The notes under the pieces were generated by a model, which saw nothing but the letters and a program-made list of their open reading frames with translations, made no database searches and was not told the DNA's origin. A stretch of DNA of 39,817 nt from the NCBI GenBank assembly GCA_015234065.1, contig JADFWS010000002.1, forward strand, positions 1 through 39,817. The letters run 5' to 3'. The stretch's first letter is position 1, and the number at the start of each line of letters is the position of its first letter. Shown in pieces: positions 17,736 to 25,788 of the stretch. The DNA is from Candidatus Omnitrophota bacterium (GTDB lineage Bacteria; Omnitrophota; Gorgyraeia; Zapsychrales; Fredricksoniimonadaceae). A program made the position numbers and the translations under genes.

Positions 17736-18328
17736 ATGGAATATTGAGGGTGTTTAACGAGCTTCTTGACCTTCTTCTGCCCGATCCAGACCTTTTCGTT
17801 CGTGGTCATATCGACGAGCTCAAGATTGACCTGGAACATGACCGCGTACTGATCTTTCACTTCATCGACGATCGAATTGATCGTGCCTTTCAGCATAAAA
17901 TCCGCGCCTGTTTCCTGTTTCAGCGCCGCACGCGTTGCCGCGCGGGCATTATCCTGCTGGTCCTGGCGCTCATCACGCACTTCATCGCGCTCGACTTTCG
18001 CGGCCACGAACTTCACCTTGCCGGAATTAACCAGTGCCTGCGACAGGTCTTCGACCATCACATCCGCATTAATATGTTCATGGCTCTTGTTCGCGATCGT
18101 CCCGACGATCACCACCGGGTCGCGGCCCTGGGCCTTGTTGAAATTCGACAGCCAACCACTCTCGACGCAGGACTTGATCATTTCTTCCGACGTCAAACGC
18201 GCATCCGTATCATTCCAGCGGCCGGACAGATCGACCACATCCTGCGGCTGTTGACGGATCACTTCCGTCGCGCAACCGGCGCCAAACATCACGGCCAATA
18301 TCATTAAACCAGTCAATTTCTTACGCAT
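17732..18328 (-). CDS. LpoB-like lipoprotein (penicillin-binding protein activator family, COG3417-like)
   Basis: Start trimmed to MRKKLTGLMILAVMFGAGC (lipobox), with GAAGGTG upstream. The core pattern is VIVGTIANKSHEHI...LVNSGKVKFV...GADFMLKGTI...VWIG. Confidence 0.7.
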   Translation of the reverse strand: MRKKLTGLMILAVMFGAGCATEVIRQQPQDVVDLSGRWNDTDARLTSEEMIKSCVESGWLSNFNKAQGRDPVVIVGTIANKSHEHINADVMVEDLSQALVNSGKVKFVAAKVERDEVRDERQDQQDNARAATRAALKQETGADFMLKGTINSIVDEVKDQYAVMFQVNLELVDMTTNEKVWIGQKKVKKLVKHPQYSM

Positions 18329-18340
18329 ACACACCTTCAG

Positions 18341-18841
18341 TTATTCCGTGACAACAATGCCGCTCTTGAAATCCTGACGGATCACCTCAAGGACCCGGCG
18401 GGCATCCTCTTCATTACCGTAGGTACCCACACGCACACGATACCAGATCCCGCGCGCACCGAGGTCGCTCACCATAATATACGCCGTGAAGCCCTTTTGC
18501 TTCAGGACCTGAAGCTGGGTATCTGCCCGATTCTTGTCTTTAAAAGAATAAACCTGTACCGCAAAAACCTCTCTGGACGGAATTACCTTCAATGGCTCAA
18601 CAATGCCCTCTTTGGGCTTGGTGGCCGCAATATCCTTCATGGCCGCGTCTGTATGAGACGGCTTGATCGTTCCCGTCGGAACTGTCACGGACTTGACGGC
18701 CGCAGGCGCTGCCATGGAAACAGGCGCAGGAACGACTGCCTCTTTGGCTTTTTCTTTGGAGAACGCCATGACCGTGAACACCACCGCGACGACGCCGAGA
18801 AGCCAAATAAGCCAAGTGTCTTTAAACGAGCCGGAAGCCAT
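18341..18841 (-). CDS. SPOR domain-containing membrane protein
   Basis: 166-aa ORF with an AGGAGG SD, one N-terminal TM segment and a C-terminal SPOR-like module (FAVQVYSFKDKNRAD...GIWYRVRVGTYGNEEDARRV). Confidence 0.8.
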   Translation of the reverse strand: MASGSFKDTWLIWLLGVVAVVFTVMAFSKEKAKEAVVPAPVSMAAPAAVKSVTVPTGTIKPSHTDAAMKDIAATKPKEGIVEPLKVIPSREVFAVQVYSFKDKNRADTQLQVLKQKGFTAYIMVSDLGARGIWYRVRVGTYGNEEDARRVLEVIRQDFKSGIVVTE

Positions 18842-18920
18842 ATCAAACCCTCCTTGTTGTGGGAAACTGATCTAAAATGATTCTATCGCGTTTAAAGCGA
18901 CACCTCAACTAAAATATTAC

Positions 18921-19709
18921 TTACAATGGCTTTGCTTCTTCAAACTTCGGGAATTGGCCTTTCAAAGCATTCTCGACAAGAGCCTTCACTTCTTCACCAA
19001 AATCCTTGCCCAGCATCCACTCCAGATAGCCGGGATCTTTTTTCGCGATCTCCTTCAGCGGCTCCTTGCGGGCATATTTTCCGAACATCATGTACAGCTC
19101 ACCGTTCCACCAGCGGAATTTCTTTTCTGAATCATAAAATTCACTGCGTTCCTTGTACACAAATCGGGACAGCGTATCGACCGAATCGTCGCCCTCGCCG
19201 TAACGCTTTACCTGCGCTTCAAGGACTTCCAGCGTAGCTTCCGTATCTGCCAGTGCGGAATGCGCGCCCTGCAGGGGCTTGCCGCAATAGAGCGTATACG
19301 CCGCCGTCAAGTCGCGTTTTTCATTCAGGTGATAGACTTTCTGTCCGTCGTAGATCATGCGATTGGCCATGGAAAACTGGGCTCCGGCCTCACTTAATTC
19401 CCGCGACAACAACGGAATATCAAATTTCTCCACATTAAATCCGCCGATATCCGCATGGCCGATGAAAGCCACGATATCTTTGGCAACAGCCTTAAAAACC
19501 GGCATGTCCTTCACATCTTCGTTCTTAATGCCTGTCAACTCCTGAACCACGAGCGGGATCGGCATCTGGGGATTAACCCGCTGATGGTACACCTCACGCA
19601 CACCCGACGGAAGGCATTTGATCATCGCGATCTCGATCACGCGGTCTTTTTCTATCCATGTGCCGGTCGTTTCAAGGTCTAAAACAACAAGGGGCCTGAT
19701 CAGTTTCAT
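18921..19709 (-). CDS. DEDDh 3'-5' exonuclease (DnaQ/ExoX-like) with a C-terminal extension
   Basis: 262-aa ORF with Exo I VVLDLETTG, Exo II GHADIGGFNVEKFDIPLL and Exo III HSALADTEAT. The C-terminal MFGKYARKEPLKEIAKKDPGYLEWML resembles ExoX-like C-terminal modules. Confidence 0.8.
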   Translation of the reverse strand: MKLIRPLVVLDLETTGTWIEKDRVIEIAMIKCLPSGVREVYHQRVNPQMPIPLVVQELTGIKNEDVKDMPVFKAVAKDIVAFIGHADIGGFNVEKFDIPLLSRELSEAGAQFSMANRMIYDGQKVYHLNEKRDLTAAYTLYCGKPLQGAHSALADTEATLEVLEAQVKRYGEGDDSVDTLSRFVYKERSEFYDSEKKFRWWNGELYMMFGKYARKEPLKEIAKKDPGYLEWMLGKDFGEEVKALVENALKGQFPKFEEAKPL

Positions 19710-19721
19710 GCATGTCCTGTC

Positions 19722-20375
19722 TTATTCAACTTCTGCTTCGAGCTCTCTGAACAATTCTTCAGCCTTTTTCATGATCGTCACCTTGACGAGCTTGAGCGTT
19801 TCTGCGTCTTTCTTAAATGAACGGATCGCATTCAAAAAACGCCGTACCGCGGCAGCTGACCGCTCGGCGCGCGCCTCATCCGGATCCACCTGCCTGCGCT
19901 CTTTCATGAGCGCGGTCAAGTCCTTGCGTACAAGCCCGACGGGACGGCCCTTGTCGAGCACCTGTTTGCGAATTTCCTGATAATCCTGTTTTGTGAGTTC
20001 TTTTTTGTTCCGCGCGAGGCGCAGAAGGCTCACGGCGTCGAGTTCCGGCAGGGCATTGGCTTCACGGCCTTCAACATAACTATCCTGCAGCATGGCCGGT
20101 TCCTGCTGTTCGACGAACGCATACGTCTTAACCAATTTAAGCGCCATGGATTTTTTGATCCCAAGCTCTCGCTCGCTGTACTGGTCAAATTTCTCATAGC
20201 CCCAATATTGATACAGCTTGTCGCGCGAGATCGCGTACAGCGTCTGAGCGAGCTCCAGCCACGACGTCTTAAACCCCTTGGCACCTTCGGCCGCACGGGC
20301 GCGAAGCTCCTTGCTCGTCACATTGTCATGCTTCTTTAAACGGCTGATGCGTTCTTCTTCGTCGATGATGGACAT
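19722..20375 (-). CDS. Hypothetical protein, possible HTH/ParB-like helical N-domain plus a charged coiled-coil tail
   Basis: 217-aa ORF lying 12 nt from the exonuclease gene. The only hint is the pattern WLELAQTLYAISRDKLYQYWGYEKFDQYSERELGIKKS. Confidence 0.55.
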   Translation of the reverse strand: MSIIDEEERISRLKKHDNVTSKELRARAAEGAKGFKTSWLELAQTLYAISRDKLYQYWGYEKFDQYSERELGIKKSMALKLVKTYAFVEQQEPAMLQDSYVEGREANALPELDAVSLLRLARNKKELTKQDYQEIRKQVLDKGRPVGLVRKDLTALMKERRQVDPDEARAERSAAAVRRFLNAIRSFKKDAETLKLVKVTIMKKAEELFRELEAEVE

Positions 20376-20384
20376 AATGGCCCC

Positions 20385-21254
20385 CTACACTCGATTAATG
20401 CGTATCTGTTTCATAAACTTTAAAACAACCTTTGTATCCACCGCGCCGGGCATTTTGGCCCCGACGTTGGCAGCCCCGCACGCGACAGCCAGGCGCAGGC
20501 AATCTTCGAACGCGTCCCCTTTAAAATATCCGGCGAGAAACCCTGCCAGCGCAGCATCGCCACAGCCGACCGTAAGGCCTTTTGAAATCACAGGCCCGCG
20601 CGCTTTAAAGATCCGGCTGCCGTCAAAACCGACTAAACCGCTTTCTCCCAATGATAAGAGAACTATGTTCTTACCACGCCCTGTAAAATATTGCAAAGCC
20701 TTCTTTACAGCCGCGTCAGACGACAACGAAAAACCGCAAATTGCCTCGGCCTCGTCGCGGTTCGGCTTGACGATGAACGGCCCGGCTTTAAGCCCTTTCG
20801 TCAGCGCCGCACCACTGGTATCCAGCACGGTCATGACATGACGCTTTTGCGCTTCCTTCATGATCCGTGCATAAAAATCAGACGGCATGCCCGGCGGTAA
20901 ACTGCCCGACAGGACGATGGCGTTCACATCCTGGAGCGCGCCCTTCAAAAAAGCCTCAAACTTTTGCACTTGCGCCCGATCAAGCAAGGGCCCAGGCTCT
21001 AGAACGCGCGTGCTCACGCCTTTCGCATCCATGATCGTCGTATTCATCCGCGGCAGGACAGGCAACGCATCGCAAAGCGTCAGGGCATGCACCGATACTC
21101 CAAGCGCCTGAAGGCCTCGAGCGACATTAACACCTTTTCCGCCGGGAACCATTCGCCATTCACGCACACGCATTTCCGTGCCGGGCTTAAAAATATCGAC
21201 CAGGAGAGTTTTATCGAACGAAGGATTGCATGTCACAGCCAGGATCTTGGACAT
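20385..21254 (-). CDS. PfkB-family sugar kinase (1-phosphofructokinase / tagatose-6-phosphate kinase-like)
   Basis: 289-aa ORF with an N-terminal NPSFDKT, GGKGVNVAR and a C-terminal GCGDAALAGF anion-hole motif. Confidence 0.85.
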   Translation of the reverse strand: MSKILAVTCNPSFDKTLLVDIFKPGTEMRVREWRMVPGGKGVNVARGLQALGVSVHALTLCDALPVLPRMNTTIMDAKGVSTRVLEPGPLLDRAQVQKFEAFLKGALQDVNAIVLSGSLPPGMPSDFYARIMKEAQKRHVMTVLDTSGAALTKGLKAGPFIVKPNRDEAEAICGFSLSSDAAVKKALQYFTGRGKNIVLLSLGESGLVGFDGSRIFKARGPVISKGLTVGCGDAALAGFLAGYFKGDAFEDCLRLAVACGAANVGAKMPGAVDTKVVLKFMKQIRINRV

Positions 21255-21291
21255 AAGAAAAAAATAGCCACGACGTTACCGCCGTGGCTAT
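21255..21291 (-). terminator. Rho-independent terminator after the PG-binding lipoprotein gene
   Basis: On the minus strand: a 9-bp stem AUAGCCACG/CGUGGCUAU with a 10-nt loop, then U7CUU running directly into the pfkB-family ATG (21252-21254). Confidence 0.7.
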
Positions 21292-21314
21292 CTCAGATCA
21301 ACATGTGTTCTTAA

Positions 21315-21857
21315 TTACTGCTGTTCTGCCGCCGCCGGAGCTGCCGGAGCCGCCGCCTGCTTAAGCTCACTCCAGGTCTTCTGGCCTACGACGCCGTCCG
21401 CCTTCAAACCCTTTTGCTTCTGGAATTCAATGATCGCGGCTTTGGTCCTGGAACCGATCTTGCCGTCGACTTTACCTTCATACACGCCAGCCGCTTTGAG
21501 CGCCTTCTGGATCTCGGACGGAGCCACCGCCACTTTGATCAGATCCTGCGTATCAGACGATGACCTGGCCTCAACCTTGGGGGCCGCCGCCTTCGGCTTT
21601 GCCTCTTCGGATGACTGCTCGGTCACGACCTTGCCGGAAACTTCCTTCACTTCATATTTCAGGTCCACGATCTCTTTTTCCTGGTCCTGAACACGCTGTT
21701 CCAGGTCCCCGACCTGTGTTTGAAGTTGCGTGATCGGCGACGGCTTCTGTGCGCCTGTTGTTGCACAGCCCGACACAAGCGCCGCTAAAGCTAATACCAT
21801 CAATGCACGGATACCCACGTTACTGCCTCCTGTTATAAAATTAAACTGATTCCTCAT
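21315..21857 (-). CDS. Lipoprotein with a coiled-coil and a C-terminal peptidoglycan-binding (PG_binding_1) domain
   Basis: The ORF-track start is TTG; I trimmed it to the ATG at 21857 (MRNQ...). It has lipobox LVSGC and the C-terminal segment ALKAAGVYEGKVDGKIGSRTKAAIIEFQKQKGLKADGVVGQKTW. Confidence 0.75.
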   Translation of the reverse strand: MRNQFNFITGGSNVGIRALMVLALAALVSGCATTGAQKPSPITQLQTQVGDLEQRVQDQEKEIVDLKYEVKEVSGKVVTEQSSEEAKPKAAAPKVEARSSSDTQDLIKVAVAPSEIQKALKAAGVYEGKVDGKIGSRTKAAIIEFQKQKGLKADGVVGQKTWSELKQAAAPAAPAAAEQQ

Positions 21858-21903
21858 TGTAGCGAACAACGAAAGGTGCGCAACACAAAAAAAGAGTTTT
21901 TAA

Positions 21904-22593
21904 TTACGGCCTGACCGCTTTGGGGACCAGCAAACGCCTGGGATCTGCGGCCAAAAAAAGGCCTTTCTGCAAACCAGGGCTTTCAGTAGTTCTAAACGAC
22001 GGCCAGGTAGACTGGGCCGCTGTCCATTCATCCAGGATATTCAACACATATTCAAATCCTGGGCGAATAAGCGGCACGCCGCCGAATTTGACTTTTTCTT
22101 TCGTGCCATCCATATCCAGTGTGCCGACATATGTGGCCACATTGGCTGCGACCTTAAAATCCAGTTCCAGTGTTTCTTCAGCCTTCGTCGAGCCAACCGG
22201 GATCGCGATAGTCGTGACCTTATACTCCCCGACGGGCAAAGACAGCCCAAAATACCCCGGCTCGATCACCCGGCCCTCGCCCCAAGGCACCACACTTAAA
22301 TTAGCATGGCTCCCGACAAAGAAATAATACTGCTTCGCCGGGTCTTTACGATCCACGATCGTAAGCCGAACATACGCCGCTTTAAGAAGCCCTTTAAAAT
22401 CTGTTTTTCCGAAGATCGTGCCGGTCACCACGGCCTCGGCCACCGGCTTACTCACCACAATGGGCGTGATCGTGGCCTCAACCGCAGGCACGCGCTTGCC
22501 CAAGGACGGCACAACAACCCCGCTTTGCCGCGGCAAAGACGCGCACCCGGCGCAAAACAAAAAACAAATGGTGATCAGGATTTTTTCTGCCAT
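21904..22593 (-). CDS. Hypothetical lipoprotein
   Basis: Start trimmed to MAEKILITICFLFCAGC (lipobox), because the longer ORF start would lie inside the terminator U-tract. I recognise no motif. Confidence 0.6.
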   Translation of the reverse strand: MAEKILITICFLFCAGCASLPRQSGVVVPSLGKRVPAVEATITPIVVSKPVAEAVVTGTIFGKTDFKGLLKAAYVRLTIVDRKDPAKQYYFFVGSHANLSVVPWGEGRVIEPGYFGLSLPVGEYKVTTIAIPVGSTKAEETLELDFKVAANVATYVGTLDMDGTKEKVKFGGVPLIRPGFEYVLNILDEWTAAQSTWPSFRTTESPGLQKGLFLAADPRRLLVPKAVRP

Positions 22594-22621
22594 AGGTAAT
22601 GGCAGTTTAACGTGCATTTCG

Positions 22622-22652
22622 AAAAAAAACAAGCGGGGTCTCCTAGCCCCGC
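22622..22652 (-). terminator. Rho-independent terminator of the 921-aa gene
   Basis: On the minus strand: GCGGGG-CUAGGAGA-CCCCGC followed by UUGUUUUUUUU. The hairpin is 21/22 identical to the one at 25727-25748. Confidence 0.8.
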
Positions 22653-22682
22653 CTGATAAATATTATTTATTTGACATTTCAT

Positions 22683-22721
22683 CAACAACCGCCATAACCT
22701 CCGGGGTTATGTCGGTTCGTG
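22683..22721 (-). repeat. Second copy of the 39-nt palindrome, 37/39 identical to the reverse complement of 2503-2541
   Basis: caacaaccgccataacctccggggttatgTcggttCgtg. It sits immediately after the stop at 22723. The loop asymmetry shows inverted orientation relative to copy 1, and the right arm carries two mismatches. Confidence 0.7.
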
Positions 22722-22722
22722 C

Positions 22723-25488
22723 TTACGCCGAGGAACCTGCCATGGCTGCCTGGCTAAAAAGCGGCAGCGTGGTCGCGGGCTTGATATCCAGGATCACGGG
22801 TACCAGTCCGTCGATTTGAATATTGTCCAGATTCTGCTGACTGATCGGAAGCGGCATGCCCTTGCCATCCCGTTTGATCTGCATATTCAAGGTGGAAGAA
22901 TTAAGGTCGATACCACCATAGGGTACATTAGGCTGATTCATCGCGTTTTCGCCTTGATCCATCAACGCTTGTTTAGCAACTACAAAACCCCTGACATCAG
23001 CAATAAAATAGAGGCCTTGAGTCTTAGCCGTATTCATATCAGCTTCCCGCTTATCCCCGGCATCAATCTTCCAATTTGTAATAAAATCATTCAGCCTATC
23101 ACTCGATATCTTAATATTGTTAAGCGCAGCCCTCACAGCCATCTTATCTTGTCCATCTTCCGCTGATTGGAAGGCCTGCAAATTTTTTATCATGTTTTTC
23201 ATTTCTTGGTGAATCATTGCGTCAGACCACATAACTTTTTCAAAATTGACCAACGCCTTATAAGCCTGATGAACAATTTCCTCCGTCGTCATCGCGTTGT
23301 TGGCATAATAGTCAATCATTTGTTGAACGAACAAACCCGCCGTGCCTGCCATGAAAATGGCAACAGCAATTTCCCAAAGATTTCCCTTAACGGTGGGCCA
23401 CACATGTATCTTAAGCGCTTCACGCCATGTTATATCTTTAGGCGCCATTCTGGCCGTCTTCAACGCGTCAACCTGACTCAACAGATTATCAACCGCGTTA
23501 ATAGCTCGGCTGTATTCTTTACGCAATTCCTCTTCAATTCTCGCTTTAACTTTCTCCACATTAACAGCATCCTTAACAACATTATTAACAACGTCCTTAA
23601 AAAGACTATTAAAACCATCATTAACATCATCATTAAAACCATCATCAGCCACATTATAATTATATTTATATTCCGTAAGTGCTATCTCAACAGCCTGCCC
23701 TGCCGTAAGTAAGCCATCTAGCTGTCCATTCTTAATTTTCTCTAACTGATTCTGTAAAACCACTAATGTCAGCGCAAAAATTCTGCCTTTCGCCCGTGGA
23801 AGTGCTCTTAAATTTATTTCATTTCTCCGGGCACCGCCTTTACCTGCAAAACCCCTCACCGCATAGTGAAGATCTCCCCGCTCTATCTGGTATGCTGCCT
23901 CTGCCGCCAAGCTCCTCTCACGCAAATAACCCGTCGCACCAGAAAGAAGGCCGTTGCCGGATATCATCGCGGCATTGCCTTCAATTGTGGCCCTGAAAAT
24001 AACAAATGGGATTCCCGGAGCGTCAGGGCCGTTTTCTTGATATACATCTAATACAGGGATAGCCCATACACCGGCGGCTCTCGCTTCTTTTTCCGCTGCT
24101 AAAAGTTGCACCTGCAATAATTGCCGCTGGTCTCTTACAAATTCATTCCACGTATCAGCAGTAACCTGCATACCTGGCGGGGCAAGAATTTTAACCCCAA
24201 CCTCATAATGCCCACCCTTTGCATTTTTCGCATGCTCAGCCACGGATGAAATAAAAACATCATTTGCCGTTACCTGACCTGTTGTCGAATTTGATGGCGC
24301 TATGATCGTCATCGCGGATTCATTCGTATTATTCCTCTTGCCCGGCGTATGCTGATTAAAAACAGTCGGAACAAGATCAGACCCTGATGCCACCGTATCA
24401 GCTACGTTAGGAGGTACTACGCCCTGAGCACCCCGCATTGCCACCACCATATTCGGTATTGCCATCGCATTGTCATACCCACCCGAAAAATACTTGCGCG
24501 GGATCACTTCCTGGGTAAAACGGTCCGTATCTTCCTTGATCATACTGAACACGCCTTTTTTAAACGCCTGCGTGTATTTTTCGAAGATCTCGACATTATT
24601 CTTCGGATCCTGATCAACGCCCTTGATCTTGGACCGGTCGCCATATACTTTGGTAAGGATCGATTCCTTGAGTGCCAGCTTGTACCAGGTAGCCAGAAGC
24701 ATTCCACTATATATCTGACGCAAGGGTGCAAAATTCTGGCCTTCGTTCACTTCTTTCTCGATCGCCGGAATAATGACCTCGCGCATGACCGACAGGGAAA
24801 TCTTGCCAACATCTTTCTGCGCCGACTCATCGTCAGCCACGTTGTTCTTCATGGCCAAATAATCCGTTTCCGTCATCACCTTGAGGCTGCTCTCGAGCAC
24901 ATAGACCACATTATCCTTCTGATACAACTTGACCGTGCTCGGCACGATCCAGACCTTGCTGAACGTATCCGTCGGAACATCTGTGGTGCCGAACTTTTCA
25001 TACGCCTTCTGATACACACCGTCCCAAAACTTCTTGCCGAGGTCTGTGTCGGGATTGGTTAACGACGCGGAGATCTGTTTTAAAATATAGTCCTGCGCCA
25101 GAAGGTCGCGGCCCATTTCGGTCTGGCCGAAATTATCCGCCACAATGCGGTCTTTTTCATACGGGGACAAGTTCACCCACTGGTCTGTTTCCGGGATCGC
25201 CAGCGCCGCGAGAAAATACTTGATGAGCTTGGTATATTCTTCCTGCTTCTGATCCGCGGCCAGGGTTTCATTTCCGCGATGAATGATAAAATCAAACTTG
25301 AAGGGGTTCTGCGGATCGATCACCATGCCCCGCAGATGCGCCGGCGTATACGCCGCACTCATGCCCATCTGAACGCCAGGCTCCGGCATCATGCCGACCG
25401 CGCTCATGACCTGCGCATATCCAGCCGGCGGCATAATGCCATTCAAAATAAACGCCGCAAGCACGAGCCATAACATTGTCTTTTTCAT
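22723..25488 (-). CDS. Large secreted/envelope protein of unknown function, compositionally mosaic
   Basis: Start trimmed to MKKTMLWLVLAAFILNGIMPPAGYAQV (signal peptide), with AAGGGGG upstream. The ORF is uninterrupted. It has a GC-rich N-terminal module, an AT-rich centre and a C-terminal GGIDLN...IDGLVPVILDIKP module. I recognise no catalytic motif. Confidence 0.8.
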   Translation of the reverse strand: MKKTMLWLVLAAFILNGIMPPAGYAQVMSAVGMMPEPGVQMGMSAAYTPAHLRGMVIDPQNPFKFDFIIHRGNETLAADQKQEEYTKLIKYFLAALAIPETDQWVNLSPYEKDRIVADNFGQTEMGRDLLAQDYILKQISASLTNPDTDLGKKFWDGVYQKAYEKFGTTDVPTDTFSKVWIVPSTVKLYQKDNVVYVLESSLKVMTETDYLAMKNNVADDESAQKDVGKISLSVMREVIIPAIEKEVNEGQNFAPLRQIYSGMLLATWYKLALKESILTKVYGDRSKIKGVDQDPKNNVEIFEKYTQAFKKGVFSMIKEDTDRFTQEVIPRKYFSGGYDNAMAIPNMVVAMRGAQGVVPPNVADTVASGSDLVPTVFNQHTPGKRNNTNESAMTIIAPSNSTTGQVTANDVFISSVAEHAKNAKGGHYEVGVKILAPPGMQVTADTWNEFVRDQRQLLQVQLLAAEKEARAAGVWAIPVLDVYQENGPDAPGIPFVIFRATIEGNAAMISGNGLLSGATGYLRERSLAAEAAYQIERGDLHYAVRGFAGKGGARRNEINLRALPRAKGRIFALTLVVLQNQLEKIKNGQLDGLLTAGQAVEIALTEYKYNYNVADDGFNDDVNDGFNSLFKDVVNNVVKDAVNVEKVKARIEEELRKEYSRAINAVDNLLSQVDALKTARMAPKDITWREALKIHVWPTVKGNLWEIAVAIFMAGTAGLFVQQMIDYYANNAMTTEEIVHQAYKALVNFEKVMWSDAMIHQEMKNMIKNLQAFQSAEDGQDKMAVRAALNNIKISSDRLNDFITNWKIDAGDKREADMNTAKTQGLYFIADVRGFVVAKQALMDQGENAMNQPNVPYGGIDLNSSTLNMQIKRDGKGMPLPISQQNLDNIQIDGLVPVILDIKPATTLPLFSQAAMAGSSA

Positions 25489-25530
25489 AAAGACCCCCTT
25501 GAAACTTATTTTAGAAAGTACGAACTCCAC

Positions 25531-25560
25531 TATATAAAGGATGGCTTATTCCAGAGGCAA
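25531..25560 (-). promoter_or_regulatory. Possible promoter of the 921-aa gene
   Basis: On the minus strand: TTGCCT, an 18-nt spacer, then TATATA, about 45 nt upstream of the ATG. A 7-bp inverted repeat CCAGGAA-n5-TTCCTGG lies just upstream (25583-25601). Confidence 0.3.
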
Positions 25561-25713
25561 AAACAAGAGCAGGGGCAGACTTCCAGGAAAACGCTTCCTG
25601 GCAAAGCCTTTAAAATCCGGCGCTAAAGTGCTGTGCCATAAAAGGGTTACAAAACATGATCCGACAGGTGAAGAAATGATAAGAAATTATTTTTGAATGG
25701 TACAAATAATACT

Positions 25714-25752
25714 GCAAAACAAAACGAGCGGGGTCTCCTTGCCCCGCCCGTT
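25714..25752 (-). terminator. Rho-independent terminator of the 117-aa orphan gene
   Basis: On the minus strand: GCGGGG-CAAGGAGA-CCCCGC followed by UCGUUUUGUUUUG. Confidence 0.75.
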
Positions 25753-25788
25753 CGTTAGGAAATGCCTCTCCCAAAATACAGCCAAGCT

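Noticed and set aside
22594-22632. Longer start (MFFFEMHVKLPLP) for the lipoprotein ORF 21904..22632.
   Set aside because: These codons are the U-tract and foot of the terminator at 22622-22652. The Met immediately preceding the lipobox signal sequence is more plausible.
23608-23645. 14-nt direct repeat attaaaaccatcat at 23608-23621 and 23632-23645, considered as a hypervariation (DGR-like) or slippage repeat.
   Set aside because: It simply encodes DGFN twice in a low-complexity Asp/Asn-rich stretch. No reverse transcriptase and no template-repeat partner are present in the window.
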